In this document: piece by piece, positions 40,406-52,889 of the stretch
How positions within the stretch are numbered: the first letter of the stretch is position 1
Layout of the letters: each line of letters begins with the position of its first letter
The notes under the pieces: generated by a model
What the model was told of the DNA's origin: nothing
What the model saw: only the letters and a program-made list of their open reading frames with translations
Database searches by the model: none
Translations under genes and position numbers: made by a program
Source of the DNA: Lama glama
Lineage: Eukaryota
DNA: 64,000 nucleotides
NCBI GenBank assembly: GCA_028534125.1
Contig: CM052816.1
Coordinates: forward strand, 38,504,001 to 38,568,000
Reading direction: 5' to 3'

Positions 40406-41104
40406 GTCTCAGATGAAGTTTTACTAGGAACTTCCTTCACATTTTCAGGGAACAGGTAACTGGTTTAAATGCCGTTGAAGAATACAGGAAAAAGCAGCTT
40501 TTGATGGAAGGCTCATCTGAGAGTTTGTTGGTGGTCTGATGGAACTTCCTCGTAAAAATCGGCATCCTCATCCAAACCCACCTGGGGAGGAACATCTTTC
40601 CTTAAGACTTTGTTAGCAGCAATATTGCCTTTTTCCCAGTTCCCTCTCAATTCCATTCTAATCAAAAATAACATTAACCAGAGGGGTGGTGAGAGGAGAA
40701 GTTTTTAATGTTATGTTTCTCAGGAGTCTTTGGCCTTGCTCTTTGATGTTCCAAGATGTATACCAATAATATCAAGTCCCTGATCCTAACTTTGAAGAGC
40801 CTTATTTACCTTATTGTGACCTGTGGGAGTAATGTGAACAGAAAACCTTCTAAAGCAATTAGTCTGGAACAACTGAAAGAACAAAGGAACAACAGGAAAG
40901 ACATTATGTAAATGTGCGGCTTTTCAAAACCATACTGCCTCGAGAACAGCATGGTCAGATGCCTAGCAGAGAATAGCACAAGGAGAACTTTGAAAATGTT
41001 CTGCTGTTTTATATTCACTTACAGATTTGCTTTAATATTAAGCCTCAATTTGATTAATATTACACATTTGACACATATAAAAATAACCTTTGAGAAAATT
41101 CACT

Positions 41105-41461
41105 TATGAATATAGATACAGATATTTCTAAATAAGATATAAGCAAATTAAACTCAACAGTGCATCTACCATGACCAAGCTGGTTTTAATTTAGGAATAT
41201 AAAGATTTTACAATCATAGAAAATCTCTTTTAATAGCAATGTGTTCAAATAAGAGAACACTTCTGACAATTTCCATAGACTCCAAAAGGACATGTGATAA
41301 TATATAACACTTCCGATAGTATTTGAAGAAATGAGCAAATTTCAATTCACCTTTATGTATCTTAATATAATACTTCTGGTAATTAAATTCTAAAGTTTTT
41401 AGTGACAAGACTAGACTATTGCTTTCCCAGTATTATTTAACATTTTTCTAAATGTTCTAAC
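41105..41461 (+). mobile_element. Very old L1 ORF2 remnant (continues after 43181 and about 43880-44330)
   Basis: Degenerate L1 ORF2 text (ccatgaccaagctggttttaattt; tattatttaacatttttctaaatgttctaac). Confidence 0.55.
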
Positions 41462-41620
41462 TGCTGGGCCCACTAACGCCCTTCAAAGTTCAAGGACTCC
41501 CATTTCTGGGTTCTCAGATGTCTGCCTGTGATCCTTCAAAAGGTAAAGTACATTCTTTTCTGGGCGTATTTCCCCTAACAAATAGCCCAGGTAATGCTTA
41601 ATCTCACTAGAGCCCAGGCT

Positions 41621-42867
41621 TGCCGGAGTCCAGCCCCAGCGGGTTCAGGAACCTGAGGGAGGAGTAGCGTCGGCGCAAGGAAAGACACAGACAAGACACA
41701 CTTCAACAATGAGGTAGCAGCAGGTTCTCTCAGTTTACTCATGTTGTGGTATTTATACTTATGCTTACAAGCACTTGCGGTTTCAAAATACAGAGGGGGA
41801 AGTACAGTACTAACAATTTNNNNNNNNNNNNNNNNNNNNNNNNNNNNNNNNNNNNNNNNNNNNNNNNNNNNNNNNNNNNNNNNNNNNNNNNNNNNNNNNN
41901 NNNNNNNNNNNNNNNNNNNNNNNNNNNNNNNNNNNNNNNNNNNNNNNNNNNNNNNNNNNNNNNNNNNNNNNNNNNNNNNNNNNNNNNNNNNNNNNNNNNN
42001 NNNNNNNNNNNNNNNNNNNNNNNNNNNNNNNNNNNNNNNNNNNNNNNNNNNNNNNNNNNNNNNNNNNNNNNNNNNNNNNNNNNNNNNNNNNNNNNNNNNN
42101 NNNNNNNNNNNNNNNNNNNNNNNNNNNNNNNNNNNNNNNNNNNNNNNNNNNNNNNNNNNNNNNNNNNNNNNNNNNNNNNNNNNNNNNNNNNNNNNNNNNN
42201 NNNNNNNNNNNNNNNNNNNNNNNNNNNNNNNNNNNNNNNNNNNNNNNNNNNNNNNNNNNNNNNNNNNNNNNNNNNNNNNNNNNNNNNNNNNNNNNNNNNN
42301 NNNNNNNNNNNNNNNNNNNGAGTAGCGTCGGCGCAAGGAAAGACACAGACAAGACACACTTCAACAATGAGGTAGCAGCAGGTTCTCTCAGTTTACTCAT
42401 GTTGTGGTATTTATACTTATGCTTACAAGCACTTGCGGTTTCAAAATACAGAGGGGGAAGTACAGTACTAACAATTTCAGTCTTTGTTACGCTTCCGCGG
42501 TTAGCTCTTCCGGAACAGTTCAAACAATCTGCGCCCTCACTGTCCTTTTACTTGTCCTATTTGGCCGCTTCAATGTTCATGAGGATCTTGATTTAATCTT
42601 GTTCTCTTCCCATTAACTCTGTTGTACCAGAACGTTCAGACTGACCAATTTCTCTTTATTCTTTTTGGCTCCGAAAATTTTTAAGATTATATTGACCCAG
42701 ACAGACCATTCTCAAATAGCTGATCAACAGGTTGACATCAGAATTCTTTGAAGCCTGATTTAAACTTTACTTAACCCATTCAGTTAGAGTCCTCCCTTCA
42801 AGATACGCAACAATAACTATGGCAGCACCACGGAACATTAGATGGTCTGGTGGCCGGGCTCCCGACA
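41621..42867 (-). mobile_element. ERV2/betaretrovirus-like solo LTR (about 589 bp after gap correction)
   Basis: TG…CA termini and perfect 6-bp TSD CAGGCT (41615-41620 / 42868-42873). On the minus strand, TATAAAT (41751-41757) is closely followed by AGTAAA (41734-41739). CpG-rich, which suggests a young insertion. Confidence 0.85.
41820..42319. other. Assembly gap (500 N)
   Basis: Run of exactly 500 N, flanked by identical 158-bp sequences (41662-41819 = 42320-42477). Confidence 0.99.
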
Positions 42868-43371
42868 CAGGCTGGCTTGTTTCGGCCCACCTTATCAGAG
42901 TCAAACCCCACCGCCCTTCACAGACCCTAAACCTCTTACCCCACCTACAACCAATCAAACACAAGTGATCAGGCACCTTGTGACCCGACCTTATAAAACA
43001 CCCCAACAATTGGCCCACGGTGCTCTGGCAGACACCTCTCATCTGTATGGCCTGCTGTTGTCTATGACGATGTACCCTAATAAACTCCTTTATATTCTTA
43101 TACTTAATCTCTGGGAAATTCTTTTACCAACCCGTGTGTCACTGGCTCACCGACCAGTCGCCCCACTGTGTCACACAACACTAACAAATATACAAAGATA
43201 TGAACAGGATGAAACATACAACAACTAGAAAGGAAGAAACAATAGTCTTATTGGCGTAACTCTATATTAAAAATACCCCCCAAAAGCTAGTATGAAATTA
43301 ATTACAATCAATAATTAAATTAAGTAGAGTAGCCTTATAGGAAAAAAGTAAAAGCAACTGATTTAAATTAT

Positions 43372-43879
43372 TTTCAGGGAGGAAGAAATTTTCCTCAATC
43401 CTTCTAGGTCCATTTCGCTGATCTAGGAATTAAACTGATCTGAGACAAATTAACAGGAGAAAATTTTTAGAAATCTAATAACACTTATACATGGGAGAGA
43501 GGAGGAAAACCGAGTAACTCACCCAAATGACAGAAGCTCTCACCTTAAGTATCACTCTCCGCTAAAGACAGAAGAAGAAAGTCAGTCAAAAGAGGTAACA
43601 AGGAAAAGCACAGTAACCAAGGGTAAGGCTGTTACGCATATTTAAGTCATTGTTTCTCCACTGAGTTTCTAGAGATTTGGTCACCCTCCTCTTCTTAGTT
43701 CAAAGAGGGAGACACCCTTACAAATGGAAATTTGTATAAACATAAAAGTTTCTTACAAAAGGGTAAATCCTGCTTGATTTTCAAAGTCTCCAAGCCTGCT
43801 GTTCCTTAGAAAACAACCAACTTAAAATAACTGATCTCCCAGAGACATATCTCGGGGTGACAAATCACGCTGCCCTACA
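43372..43879 (-). mobile_element. ERV1 solo LTR (MER34-like)
   Basis: cagggaggaagaaattttcctc…agagacatatctcggggtgacaaat…ccctaca, homologous to the LTRs at 33228 and 47671. Confidence 0.8.
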
Positions 43880-44464
43880 AGTACAAATCTACAATTATAA
43901 GATAATGTGATATTGCCAGGAAAATTTACAGATATAAAGAAAACCACAAAGCTATCCCTGAAACAGACCTTTGTATAAAAAATAATTTAATATGTGATAT
44001 AAAGGCCATGGATACCAATAACAAAGGACTTGCCCAAAGGAAGGTATGAAAAACTTAATTATTAAAAAAACCTTATTTACACTATATAGTATACTACAAT
44101 ATAAATCTCAGATGAACTTGAGTTAAAGGAAAAAAAAGCATATTAGAAAACTAAAGACATGGTATAATTGATTTCAGAAAGGGCAATAAATTAAAAAGTA
44201 GTAAATAACTCAGAAAGAAAAATATTTATATGTATGTATTTGTGCATGTGTACCAAATATTTAACAGCATGCATGTCAAAATATGAAAGAAACATAAAAA
44301 TCAAAATAAAATTTGAAAAAATGTGTTATACTTGGTAAACTTAAATGATTTAGTGATACCAAAAACTTGTGTCATTGCAACAGGGCTCTTCAAGTCCAAA
44401 GAAGAGAGTAAAATTATAAGTCAGGTTTTGGGGAAGTTTTTTGCTTTGTTTTGTTTTTTGCCAT

Positions 44465-45087
44465 TGTAAGCATTCCTCCCCCAGAGTTAGAGAACCAGAC
44501 ATAACTTTTCTAATATAAGAGAAGCCATTTTAGGCCTAAGCCATTCTGTGATCTAAATCAGGACACAATGCTTGGTGCCATTGCAGAATAATAGGCCTCA
44601 GTAGTCAGTGATTTTAAGGGAACCAAAGGAAGGAAAAACAGCTACTACCAGGCCAGGGAGATAACTTAATATCAAAGGTAATGAATCAGTTGTAAAGACT
44701 CCAAGTTCTGTTTCGATGGTCAAGACTAGCCTGAAGCACATTCTTGAGCTGTTTTACAGAATTCACACCCCCTCCAGCACTTAACCAGATCAACTAGAAA
44801 GGAAGGAATGATGGCGTTGACCTTTTCTGACCCTTGTGACTTCAGCTAGAGCCTGACTCTGTCAGTGAGCCCCAAGTCTTCTCTGCTCAAGCCCCTTCAT
44901 GAATATGCACGTATCCTTTGCTTAAATCTTCCCTATTTTGCTGTCTGGAAGACACTGTTTTGAGAAAGATACCTGGTGTCCTCCTTACTTGCTGCAAGTA
45001 ATAATTATTTCCTTCTCCTGCTCTTTGATGTGGTTGTGTCTTTTGACTATACATCCACCAAGAGATTAACCCAGTTTTGGGGAAACA
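44465..45087 (+). mobile_element. ERV1-class solo LTR
   Basis: TGTAA…AACA termini with perfect 4-bp TSD CCAT (44461-44464 / 45088-45091). Confidence 0.8.
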
Positions 45088-45364
45088 CCATTATGCTTAG
45101 AAGCATAAGAAACGAGCAAGAAATCAGAAACTCATGATCATCAGGCTCAAGTGTATGACTTCTGATGTGACCTGTTTCATGTTTACACACCTTCTGTGCA
45201 CAAGCTTTTATTCAGAGAAACACTTAAAAGAGGCAAAAAAAAAAAAAAAAGCAAATGAAGGGCAATAAAAAATGCAAACAAAAGAGATTATTTTTATTGA
45301 TGATAGTATTTTGGTGTTATTCTGTTTTCAGGCTAAGTAAGGAAAAAAAGCAAAGCAATGGGGT

Positions 45365-45959
45365 TGAAGGAGGATTAATAAAATGGCTGCCCTTGGGCTA
45401 ACAGATTACTTATTCATATGCTTGCCCTTAAAAGGGTCAACTGACCTGACTGAATGGTTGCTACTCACAGTCCCAGGCCCATTGTTAAAACTAAAGCTAT
45501 AGATCTTACTGTTTCTACTTTATTCCAGTAATCAAAAGCTATAATCATGCTTGGTCTCTGAGTTGATCTTCAGGGAGAAGGTCACAGAACTGTAATTTTA
45601 CAAAGTAGGCTAAATACCAAGAACACCACACCTTGAGTGCTTACCAGATAAAGAGATCAAAAAAGTGACAACCACTAGCCTCTATAGAATTAGTCGCCTG
45701 AAGGCATCATGACACCATTCTAAACCTTCTAATGAGGAAATGATTCTGTTGATTGTTATCAATGCTTTATTGTTTGAGCTATGACTATATAACCACCCTA
45801 TCCCATCCACCAGTGCATTCACAGTTCTGAAGTCACTAGCCTGCTGCCAGTCCCCTTTGCCTGGCAAAGTAATAAAGCTGCCTCTTTTCTTCTAAGCTCC
45901 AAGACCTGGTCTCTGAGTTATTTGGCTCATCAGGGACAAGGGCCAATCTTTTGACAACA
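45365..45959 (+). mobile_element. ERV1-class solo LTR
   Basis: TGAAGG…CAACA termini with perfect 4-bp TSD GGGT (45361-45364 / 45960-45963). TATATAA at 45786, AATAAA at 45871. Confidence 0.82.
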
Positions 45960-45963
45960 GGGT

Positions 45964-46073
45964 GAGAAGAAAAGAAAGAAAGAGAAAAAGGAAGGGAGAG
46001 AGAGAGAGAGGAAGGGAGGGAGGGAGGGAGGGAGGAAGGAAGGAAGGAAGGAAGGAACGAAGGAAGGAAGGAA
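45964..46073 (+). repeat. Compound purine microsatellite (GA)n/(GGGA)n/(GGAA)n
   Basis: Seen directly. Confidence 0.93.
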
Positions 46074-46076
46074 TCT

Positions 46077-46630
46077 TGTTATAGGAGGCTACAAAAAAAA
46101 AAAAGCACAGTGAACCAAAGTATGGTTTTGCCAACTAAAAATTGGTCCTTGTCATCAGTCTCTACAAGGATTAAATCACAATGGCATTTGCCATCTTACC
46201 TCCACAAGGATTAAATCACAAACTGCTACAGCCACTGACCTTTAACACACCCTGAAAGAAGTTCAGGGTAGAGGTCAGGAATGAGGTACTCTTTGCTCTG
46301 GGGAAAACTGGCAGAACAGGTCTTCAAATAGGTATTTTCAGGAGAAGAGTTTATGAACCCCAATTCTTGCATCTACTCATATCTAGAAAAGAACTAAAAG
46401 CAGTCATGGTGACATCTGCTCCTCGTGACTAGCAGCAAGCCTCTGCCTAAATGTGTGCTTGACTGCACGTGCCCCCTTCACTAAAGTCATAGATAATACT
46501 GCTCCCCCACCTCTTCGGAGCAGTTACTTAGAGCTATAGGAAATGCTGTCTTCTGAGCTGTAATCTTCATTTTGCCCAAAATAAAACTTAACTCACAACT
46601 CCCAGGTTGTACATTATTTTCCAGTGGACA
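46077..46630 (+). mobile_element. ERV1-class solo LTR
   Basis: TGTTA…GGACA termini with near TSD ATCT/ATTT and AATAAA near 46579. Internal 22-bp direct repeat at 46160 and 46200. Confidence 0.72.
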
Positions 46631-46875
46631 ATTTTTACACAGATTTAAGTTAGCTGCCTTCTCCCTTAATAAGCAGTTCTAGAGGATTCGTCATCCTCCT
46701 CCTCCTGGTACAAGAGGAAATTTTCCTTATAAATGTAAATTTCTCTTAGAAAAGGGTAACTTCCACTCAGTTTTCAAGACTTCCCATGTCTGCTGTTTCT
46801 TAAAAATAATGAGCTCAAGATAATCCTTATGTCAAAGAGACATATTTTGGATTGGCAAATTCTGCTCTCTTTTCA
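46631..46875 (-). mobile_element. MER34-like LTR, 5' half only
   Basis: gataatccttatgtcaaagagacatattttggattggcaaattctgctc, homologous to the 5' end of the 47671 LTR. Confidence 0.78.
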
Positions 46876-46899
46876 GTATTAAAGATAGATGATGTAGAT

Positions 46900-47092
46900 G
46901 AAGTGCATGAGTCTACTTAGAAGCAGAATTTTTTTTCAATAAGTACGTGCTACAGTACTACACCATCCACTGTTGGTTAAATTCTTAGATGCAGAACCAT
47001 GAATATGGGGGGTGAACTGTAAAGCCATATGGGAATTTCTGACCTCTTGGAGGGTCAGTGCCTCTAACCCCTAAGTTGTCCAAGGGCAACAG
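46900..47092. mobile_element. Tigger2a-like (TcMar) MITE
   Basis: ctacagtactacaccatccactgttggttaaattc…ctaacccctaagttgtccaagggcaacag followed by TA. Confidence 0.7.
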
Positions 47093-47094
47093 TA

Positions 47095-47237
47095 CTCAGT
47101 TTTCCTGGGTCTCTCTTATGTAAACATATTATAAACTTTTGTTTGATTTTACCCTGTTAATCTGTCTCATGTCAATATAATTCCTAGACCAGTCAGAAGA
47201 ACCTAGAAGACAGAGGAAAGTTTCTTCCTCCCTGACA
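47095..47237 (+). mobile_element. MER34-like LTR, 3' end only
   Basis: cctgttaatctgtctcatgtcaat…gaacctagaag…tttcttcctccctgaca. Confidence 0.78.
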
Positions 47238-47670
47238 ATGACTAACAGCAGAAGATATTATTTAAGGCTACATATAATTTCTAAGAGTTGAGTCTCCTGA
47301 ATTCCATTCCCACCTCCCAAGATGTATTCTCTCAGGTCATATAAGCACTTCTCCCAAGCCAAGACATTCCAGTTACTATCCTTTTCTCTCCTTTTTTTCA
47401 TCAATGCATTGTCTCCTGTCTCTTATTCATACAAGTCTTTTCTCATAACTGGCTATCTTATGTAATAAACTAATTTCCTCCCCCAACAAGCAATTAGACA
47501 CAATAGGGCTCCCTACCCTACTTCTGCAAATAAAATATTGCTGTGACTTTACCAACTGTATACTTTGAAATGTGGTCACCAAAAATAGCTTCATAAATAA
47601 ACATTCTCTTAAACATATTTGTGTGTATGAGTGGATAGGCATCTGCATTTAAGCTGTTCATGGGTATATA

Positions 47671-48223
47671 TGAAAGGGAGCAAAATTTGCCACCCCAAAA
47701 TATGCTTCCTTGGCATAAGGATCATTTTAGGCTGATTATTTCTAAGAAACAGCAGACACAGGAGAAGTTCTGAAAACTTAGTAGAAGATAACCTTTCATA
47801 AAAGAAATTTGCATTTATAAGAGAAATCTCTATTTGTAAGGGTTCTTCCCCCTCTGTACCAGAAAGAGGAGAATGAAAAACCTCTACAAACTCTTCAGTG
47901 GAGAAGGTAGCAACTTAAATCTCCATAACAACCTCATACCCTTGTTTACCATGCTTCTCCCAGTAGTCTCCCATAACTGACTTCCAAGCCTTGCCTCCTA
48001 TCCCCTACATGCACAACATCTTCTTTTGTCTCTAAATGGAGATGGTATTTAAGGTGGTGCCCTGGGCCATTTCGGGGAGTTACTCAGTTTTCTCGGCTAT
48101 CTCCCAAGTACACAAGAGATACATATGTCTTTTTTTTCTTCTGATAATCTATCTTTTATTACAGGGTGAGTCTCAGCCAAGAACCTAAAAATGTAGACAG
48201 AAAATTATTTTCCTCCCCCAACA
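47671..48223 (+). mobile_element. ERV1 solo LTR (MER34-like)
   Basis: TGAAAGGGAGCAAAATTTGCCACCCCAAAATATG…TTCCTCCCCCAACA, with near TSD TATA/CATA. Confidence 0.85.
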
Positions 48224-51200
48224 CATAACATATGAAATAATTCAATTTGGGGTAATGCAAGCCACAGTCATAGACAACTCTAAATTTCTGTGATTAAAAG
48301 AAGTTTCCAAAAATCTGTCCAAGTCTGGTCTAAAGGGCTTACTGATCTAGGTGCTTTGAGAAGTAAAACATTTCAAAAATACAAAGTAGGAAATTGTGAT
48401 CACTAGGCCGCGGTTACCACTGTGATGTTCCTGGTGTATGGCTTATTCAGAGCCTTACAAAAAAGAACACAAGGTAAGCTGGGGGCCTCTGAAGCTTCAG
48501 CCCCATGCTTCTTCAAGGCTGCAATCCTGTGAGCTATTCTTGCAATGGTCTTTGATGTAAAATAGTGAAAACACTGGATTATCCTAAGAATGCCATTTTA
48601 AAAGGAGGAATTTCTGGAATTGCTTTTTTTCTACTGCTGACCCAGAAAGACCTACCAATCTCTGGGCAACCAAACTGAGAGTGTGACAAGATGATCAGAG
48701 ATTGCTCAGTTACATTGAAGGACCTAGAGTTACCATGGCCCACAGCAGGGATAAAGCACAGTTCTTGCTTCCATAAGGCAATGATCCATTAGGAAAAGGG
48801 AGCTGGCCATGGGAAAACTTCTAGAGTCAATTCACTACCCCAGCACTCCTGGGTTGTTTTTTCACTAATCACCAGGGAAAGAATTCTTTCTACCACCAAT
48901 TACTGGTAAGTATTCATCAAAGACATAATTGTCCATAAATACCATTTTTTAAAAATAGATGTTCTGATCAAAGATGTTCTGGCCTACACTGGCTCAATTA
49001 ATTTAAACTTGTGCTCTCTTCTAGCACTGTGGGCAATGTGATGTCCTGGTCACTGCCCCTGGAAGTTTTCCAATTTAATCTCACTCAGCTACAATCACTG
49101 CCTTGGTTATTCATTTGAACGCACTTTCCATTCAGTACACAGTGCTCCCAGTCACCTGGTCCCATTCACCCATAATATGGCAGTTTCATTACTCTAACAG
49201 TCATTTCCTGGATTTTTCTTTAATAGTTACTACGAGCAACGTGGGAACTGACTATTGCTTTCTGTCCACCCCTGGGATGTGACTGCAGAATGCTCCTTTG
49301 CTTCTCTAGGAGGCAACCAAACTGCTTGAACTGATTTTTCGTCGGCCCTTTGCCTCATGTGTCTATTTTGACTCTATCAGCTTATGCCGAGGACATAGAA
49401 TACATGCCCTTGAATGAACACCCAGTGCCAATTTGAGTCTATTTTCCTCCCAGTTTAGCCAAGCATGGCTCCTGCCTCTAAACTCTCATTGCCTTCCCTT
49501 TTTGTGACCACAGCTGGTTCCTGTCCTAGAATTTTATCCCCACTACCGACTAAAGTACAGGATTGATTTCTGTACTGGAAGTAAAGAATTTAATTGGTGA
49601 ATAACAGTCACTTTTGTTCCCTTGCATTCAGCAAATTTACAAGCTATCTCAGTATATCCAAAAAAAAGGGCCTTCAGGCAGGAATCACATCTATCCGCCT
49701 CAAGTACTCTGCACACAGTGAAGTTCCGCCGTTACTTAGAAAGCCTTAATAGGCACCAAGGGACCCTAACACATTCTCTCCTGCACACACATAAGCAGTG
49801 TGTCAACTTTCTAAAGAAGACAGACCCAATACAGCAGCTTTCCACATTCCTTCCAAGCTTTGTTCCTGCTCACTTAATTTTTATGTATCCCAAATTAAAT
49901 TATTTAAGGTATTTTCCCCACTAAAATTAAAACTAAACTATTATTTTAGAAAGTAGAAATATTAGTCAGCCTTTCTCAGAAATATAAGAATTAAACTAAA
50001 TACCAATACTCTTAAAAGAATAACTGCTGTGTGGCCTACGTATTGTGTTCCAAGACTCAAACAGCAATCACAGTCCCTACACTAAGGCAAACAGAGGGCG
50101 CCCCCTGAAGGACTTGCCTTCCTGCAAGAATACCCACAGGTTGTGTATCAGGCCATTCCTGTGTCTGCCTCAGCCACAGGGCCACTTCGGTTCCATGCTA
50201 GAGAACCTAACTGTATCCAACTGCCCTGCCTGCTGGTATTGAACAAAGCCAACCATAAATACTGACATAGGGAAGTAAGTACAGTGTCACAGGACATGGA
50301 TCCATGGAACAAGGTAATAGAAAGATCGAGTTTGTTCATAAGGTAGAGGATGAAAACCCACACTGAAATTCTAATAGGAGAAAAGGTGAGTAGTATGACT
50401 GTGAGACAAAATAAATGGAAATCTGAATCTATAAACGGGAATCAGGGAGGAGTTAATATTTTTAGAAACCTCAAGGTCTCATTCTCAACCCTCACTTCTA
50501 CCCTCACTCCCATACATACATAACTCACAAATAATTATAAATTTGGTATAAAGAATTATCTACAGATAGATTTTTCCCATAATGACTACTTGTGTTATTT
50601 ATCAAAATCTCAATTATTTGTTCTCTGAAATATTCTTCTGTTGGTGCGCAAAGCACATGCTAAAAATGACAATAGGCTATCTGCTATCTCCACCCCAATA
50701 AAAACATAATTATGAGTATGTGAGGATAAGAAGGAAGTTACACAGAAACAGTAATGTTTATTTTGGCTCACCCACATTTTTTCTTTTTGAGATATTGTTA
50801 AGGATGAAGCAGAAAGTGAATTTTTCCCTCCTTTGGAGGACACTAGGACTATTCTTAAAGACAGATGGGAGACTTGTAAATAACTAATTATTAGTCAACT
50901 ACAAATTACAACTGTGCTATAAGAGCCAAGCAAAATATTACAGAAAAAGAGAAAATAGACTGTTGCTTGATTCGCAAGAAAGAGGGAAAGTATTAGAGAA
51001 AACTTTGGAAACCAGGTTGCATTTGAACTAGGTCTTCAGTGTTGAGTGGGATTTTGAGAACTAAGTGGTGAGTGGGAGGATGGGGTCAGTGTTAAGTGCA
51101 AACAGGATTAGCACAGACAGAAGATGGAGGAAGCAGGAAACACGTGGGCTATAGCCGTTTGCTCCAATGTTAAAGCAACAATTAAATTCCTTTCCTTTTG

Positions 51201-52867
51201 ATTTTTTTGCTTATATCATAAACTTCTGACCTGTAGTATCTTCTGAAAGGCCTTTTTCACTGTAGACCAGTCAATGAGGCAAAAGATGTAGATGATACTT
51301 TCCAAAAGAGATGACAAAACTGAACCAAATAAAAACCATAACAGAAGGAGCGACTTTAAATATCTTGACACAAGCTCAAGTCTTTTCTTCTTACAACGGC
51401 ACTTCTTAAAATTCAGCCAGACTTACAGATAAATTCATCTCTTGTTAAACAGAAGCCATGACAAAAACTATCCTTCTAAATTTTACAACTTAATTCTGAA
51501 CAACAGAACTGACAGAATAGTAGGGAAAGAACAAATTTTTTTTTAAAGAAGATGTGGTTTGGAGCCTATCTGTTACAAAATATGTAACTCTGAGCATATT
51601 TTGTGAACCTCAGTTTAACCACATACATAATAAAATAAAAATAATCCATTCTTCATATATATGCATATATAGCAGTATTTTTGGTTCAGAATAGATATTC
51701 AATATATCATTGTCTTTATTTTTATTATTGAATGAAGAAGTTATTAAGCCTCTTGAAGTTCATAATAAACAACTAAAGGGTTTATACAGCCTAGATTTCA
51801 GAAAAATACTTCAAAACATTCAGAGAAAAGATGCCTATATATTCAGAGCCATGGATTCTGAAAGGAAATAAATATTAAGAGAAATAGAAGCATATAAAAA
51901 ATTAAGTTGTAACTCTACAATCTTGACTCAGCTTGGTCCATATGCCCATGTTATTTCCTTTGGCTAAAATTTCCCTTTCACATATTCAAATTATGTTATT
52001 TAACAAATCAGGCAGAAACTGCTTCTGTATGTCTAATTTAATTTTTGCTCTCTTGCCTCATATGTGACCATATTTTCTTTTATTCATTCTTTCATGATCC
52101 CTCTTTCCTTTTCGTTTTCCTTTTTATTACGGGAAACACTCACAGTTACCTGAACCATTAGAGAGAGCACAGAATGCTGACAACTAATATTGCTCCCTGT
52201 CCCTTAGAGACACCTCTTTATAGGTGTCACTGGGCCACAGAAAGATGGTGAGGGTAACAAAAATGCATCATAAATTACCTCATTCAAGTTTCTTCCCTCC
52301 AACTAATGTTAACACTAAGATCTGCAATTCCTGAAGCTACATTATCAGCACTCTCATCTCCCTGAGGTCAAGGACTAAAATATCCATTATTGAAGCAAGA
52401 AGCTCATTTCCATTTGCACTCCAGCTCTCTTAATCTATATAAAAAATGCATAAAGAATTATATAAGTATGTACTCTCCTTTTCCGAATGGCATCTTTTGC
52501 ATGAATTATCTCAGGGCAAAAATATAGTAAGTTAAATCAAAATGCACAAAAACAACTATAGCGGGTAATGAAATGACGAAGTATAAACTTGAGCTGATAA
52601 CCTATCATTAAAGTCTATTTAAAAAGTGGTCCAACATTATGCCTAAAGGTTAGATCATGACAAATTCTAGAAGCGTAACTATTCTAAAAACATAAAGTTA
52701 CACATCAAAGTATGTATTCTCTGCCTTCAGTTCTGTAAAGTACAAATTTAGAATGGGTTAACAGAAATACACCAACTGATTGCAATATTCATAATGATGC
52801 AAAAGAATCATTTTCTAAAAGAAGGCCCTTATCATAAAGATACTGATTTTATTCTTTCTTAAAATTA

Positions 52868-52889
52868 GTGTGTGTGTGTGTGTGTGTGT
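52868..52889 (+). repeat. (GT)11 microsatellite
   Basis: Seen directly. Confidence 0.95.

Larger units (their letters stand above)
41462..43180 (+). mobile_element. Outer solo LTR (about 466 bp: 41462-41620 plus 42874-43180)
   Basis: TG…CA termini and 5-bp TSD CTAAC (41457-41461 / 43181-43185). CCAAT at 42951, TATAAAA at 42992 and AATAAA at 43079 are in the expected order. Confidence 0.85.

Noticed and set aside
41575..42523. Five 194-260 aa ORFs, and the ~96-codon ORF obtained after closing the gap (possible sag-like LTR ORF)
   Set aside because: Length comes from N codons. The gap-closed ORF starts at TTG, runs through the TATA box, poly(A) signal and out of the LTR end, and shows no recognisable similarity.
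46631..47237. Opposite-orientation 5' and 3' halves of a MER34-like LTR as one inverted element
   Set aside because: The would-be TSDs (ATAC vs ATGA) do not match. Two independent truncated copies is the simpler explanation.
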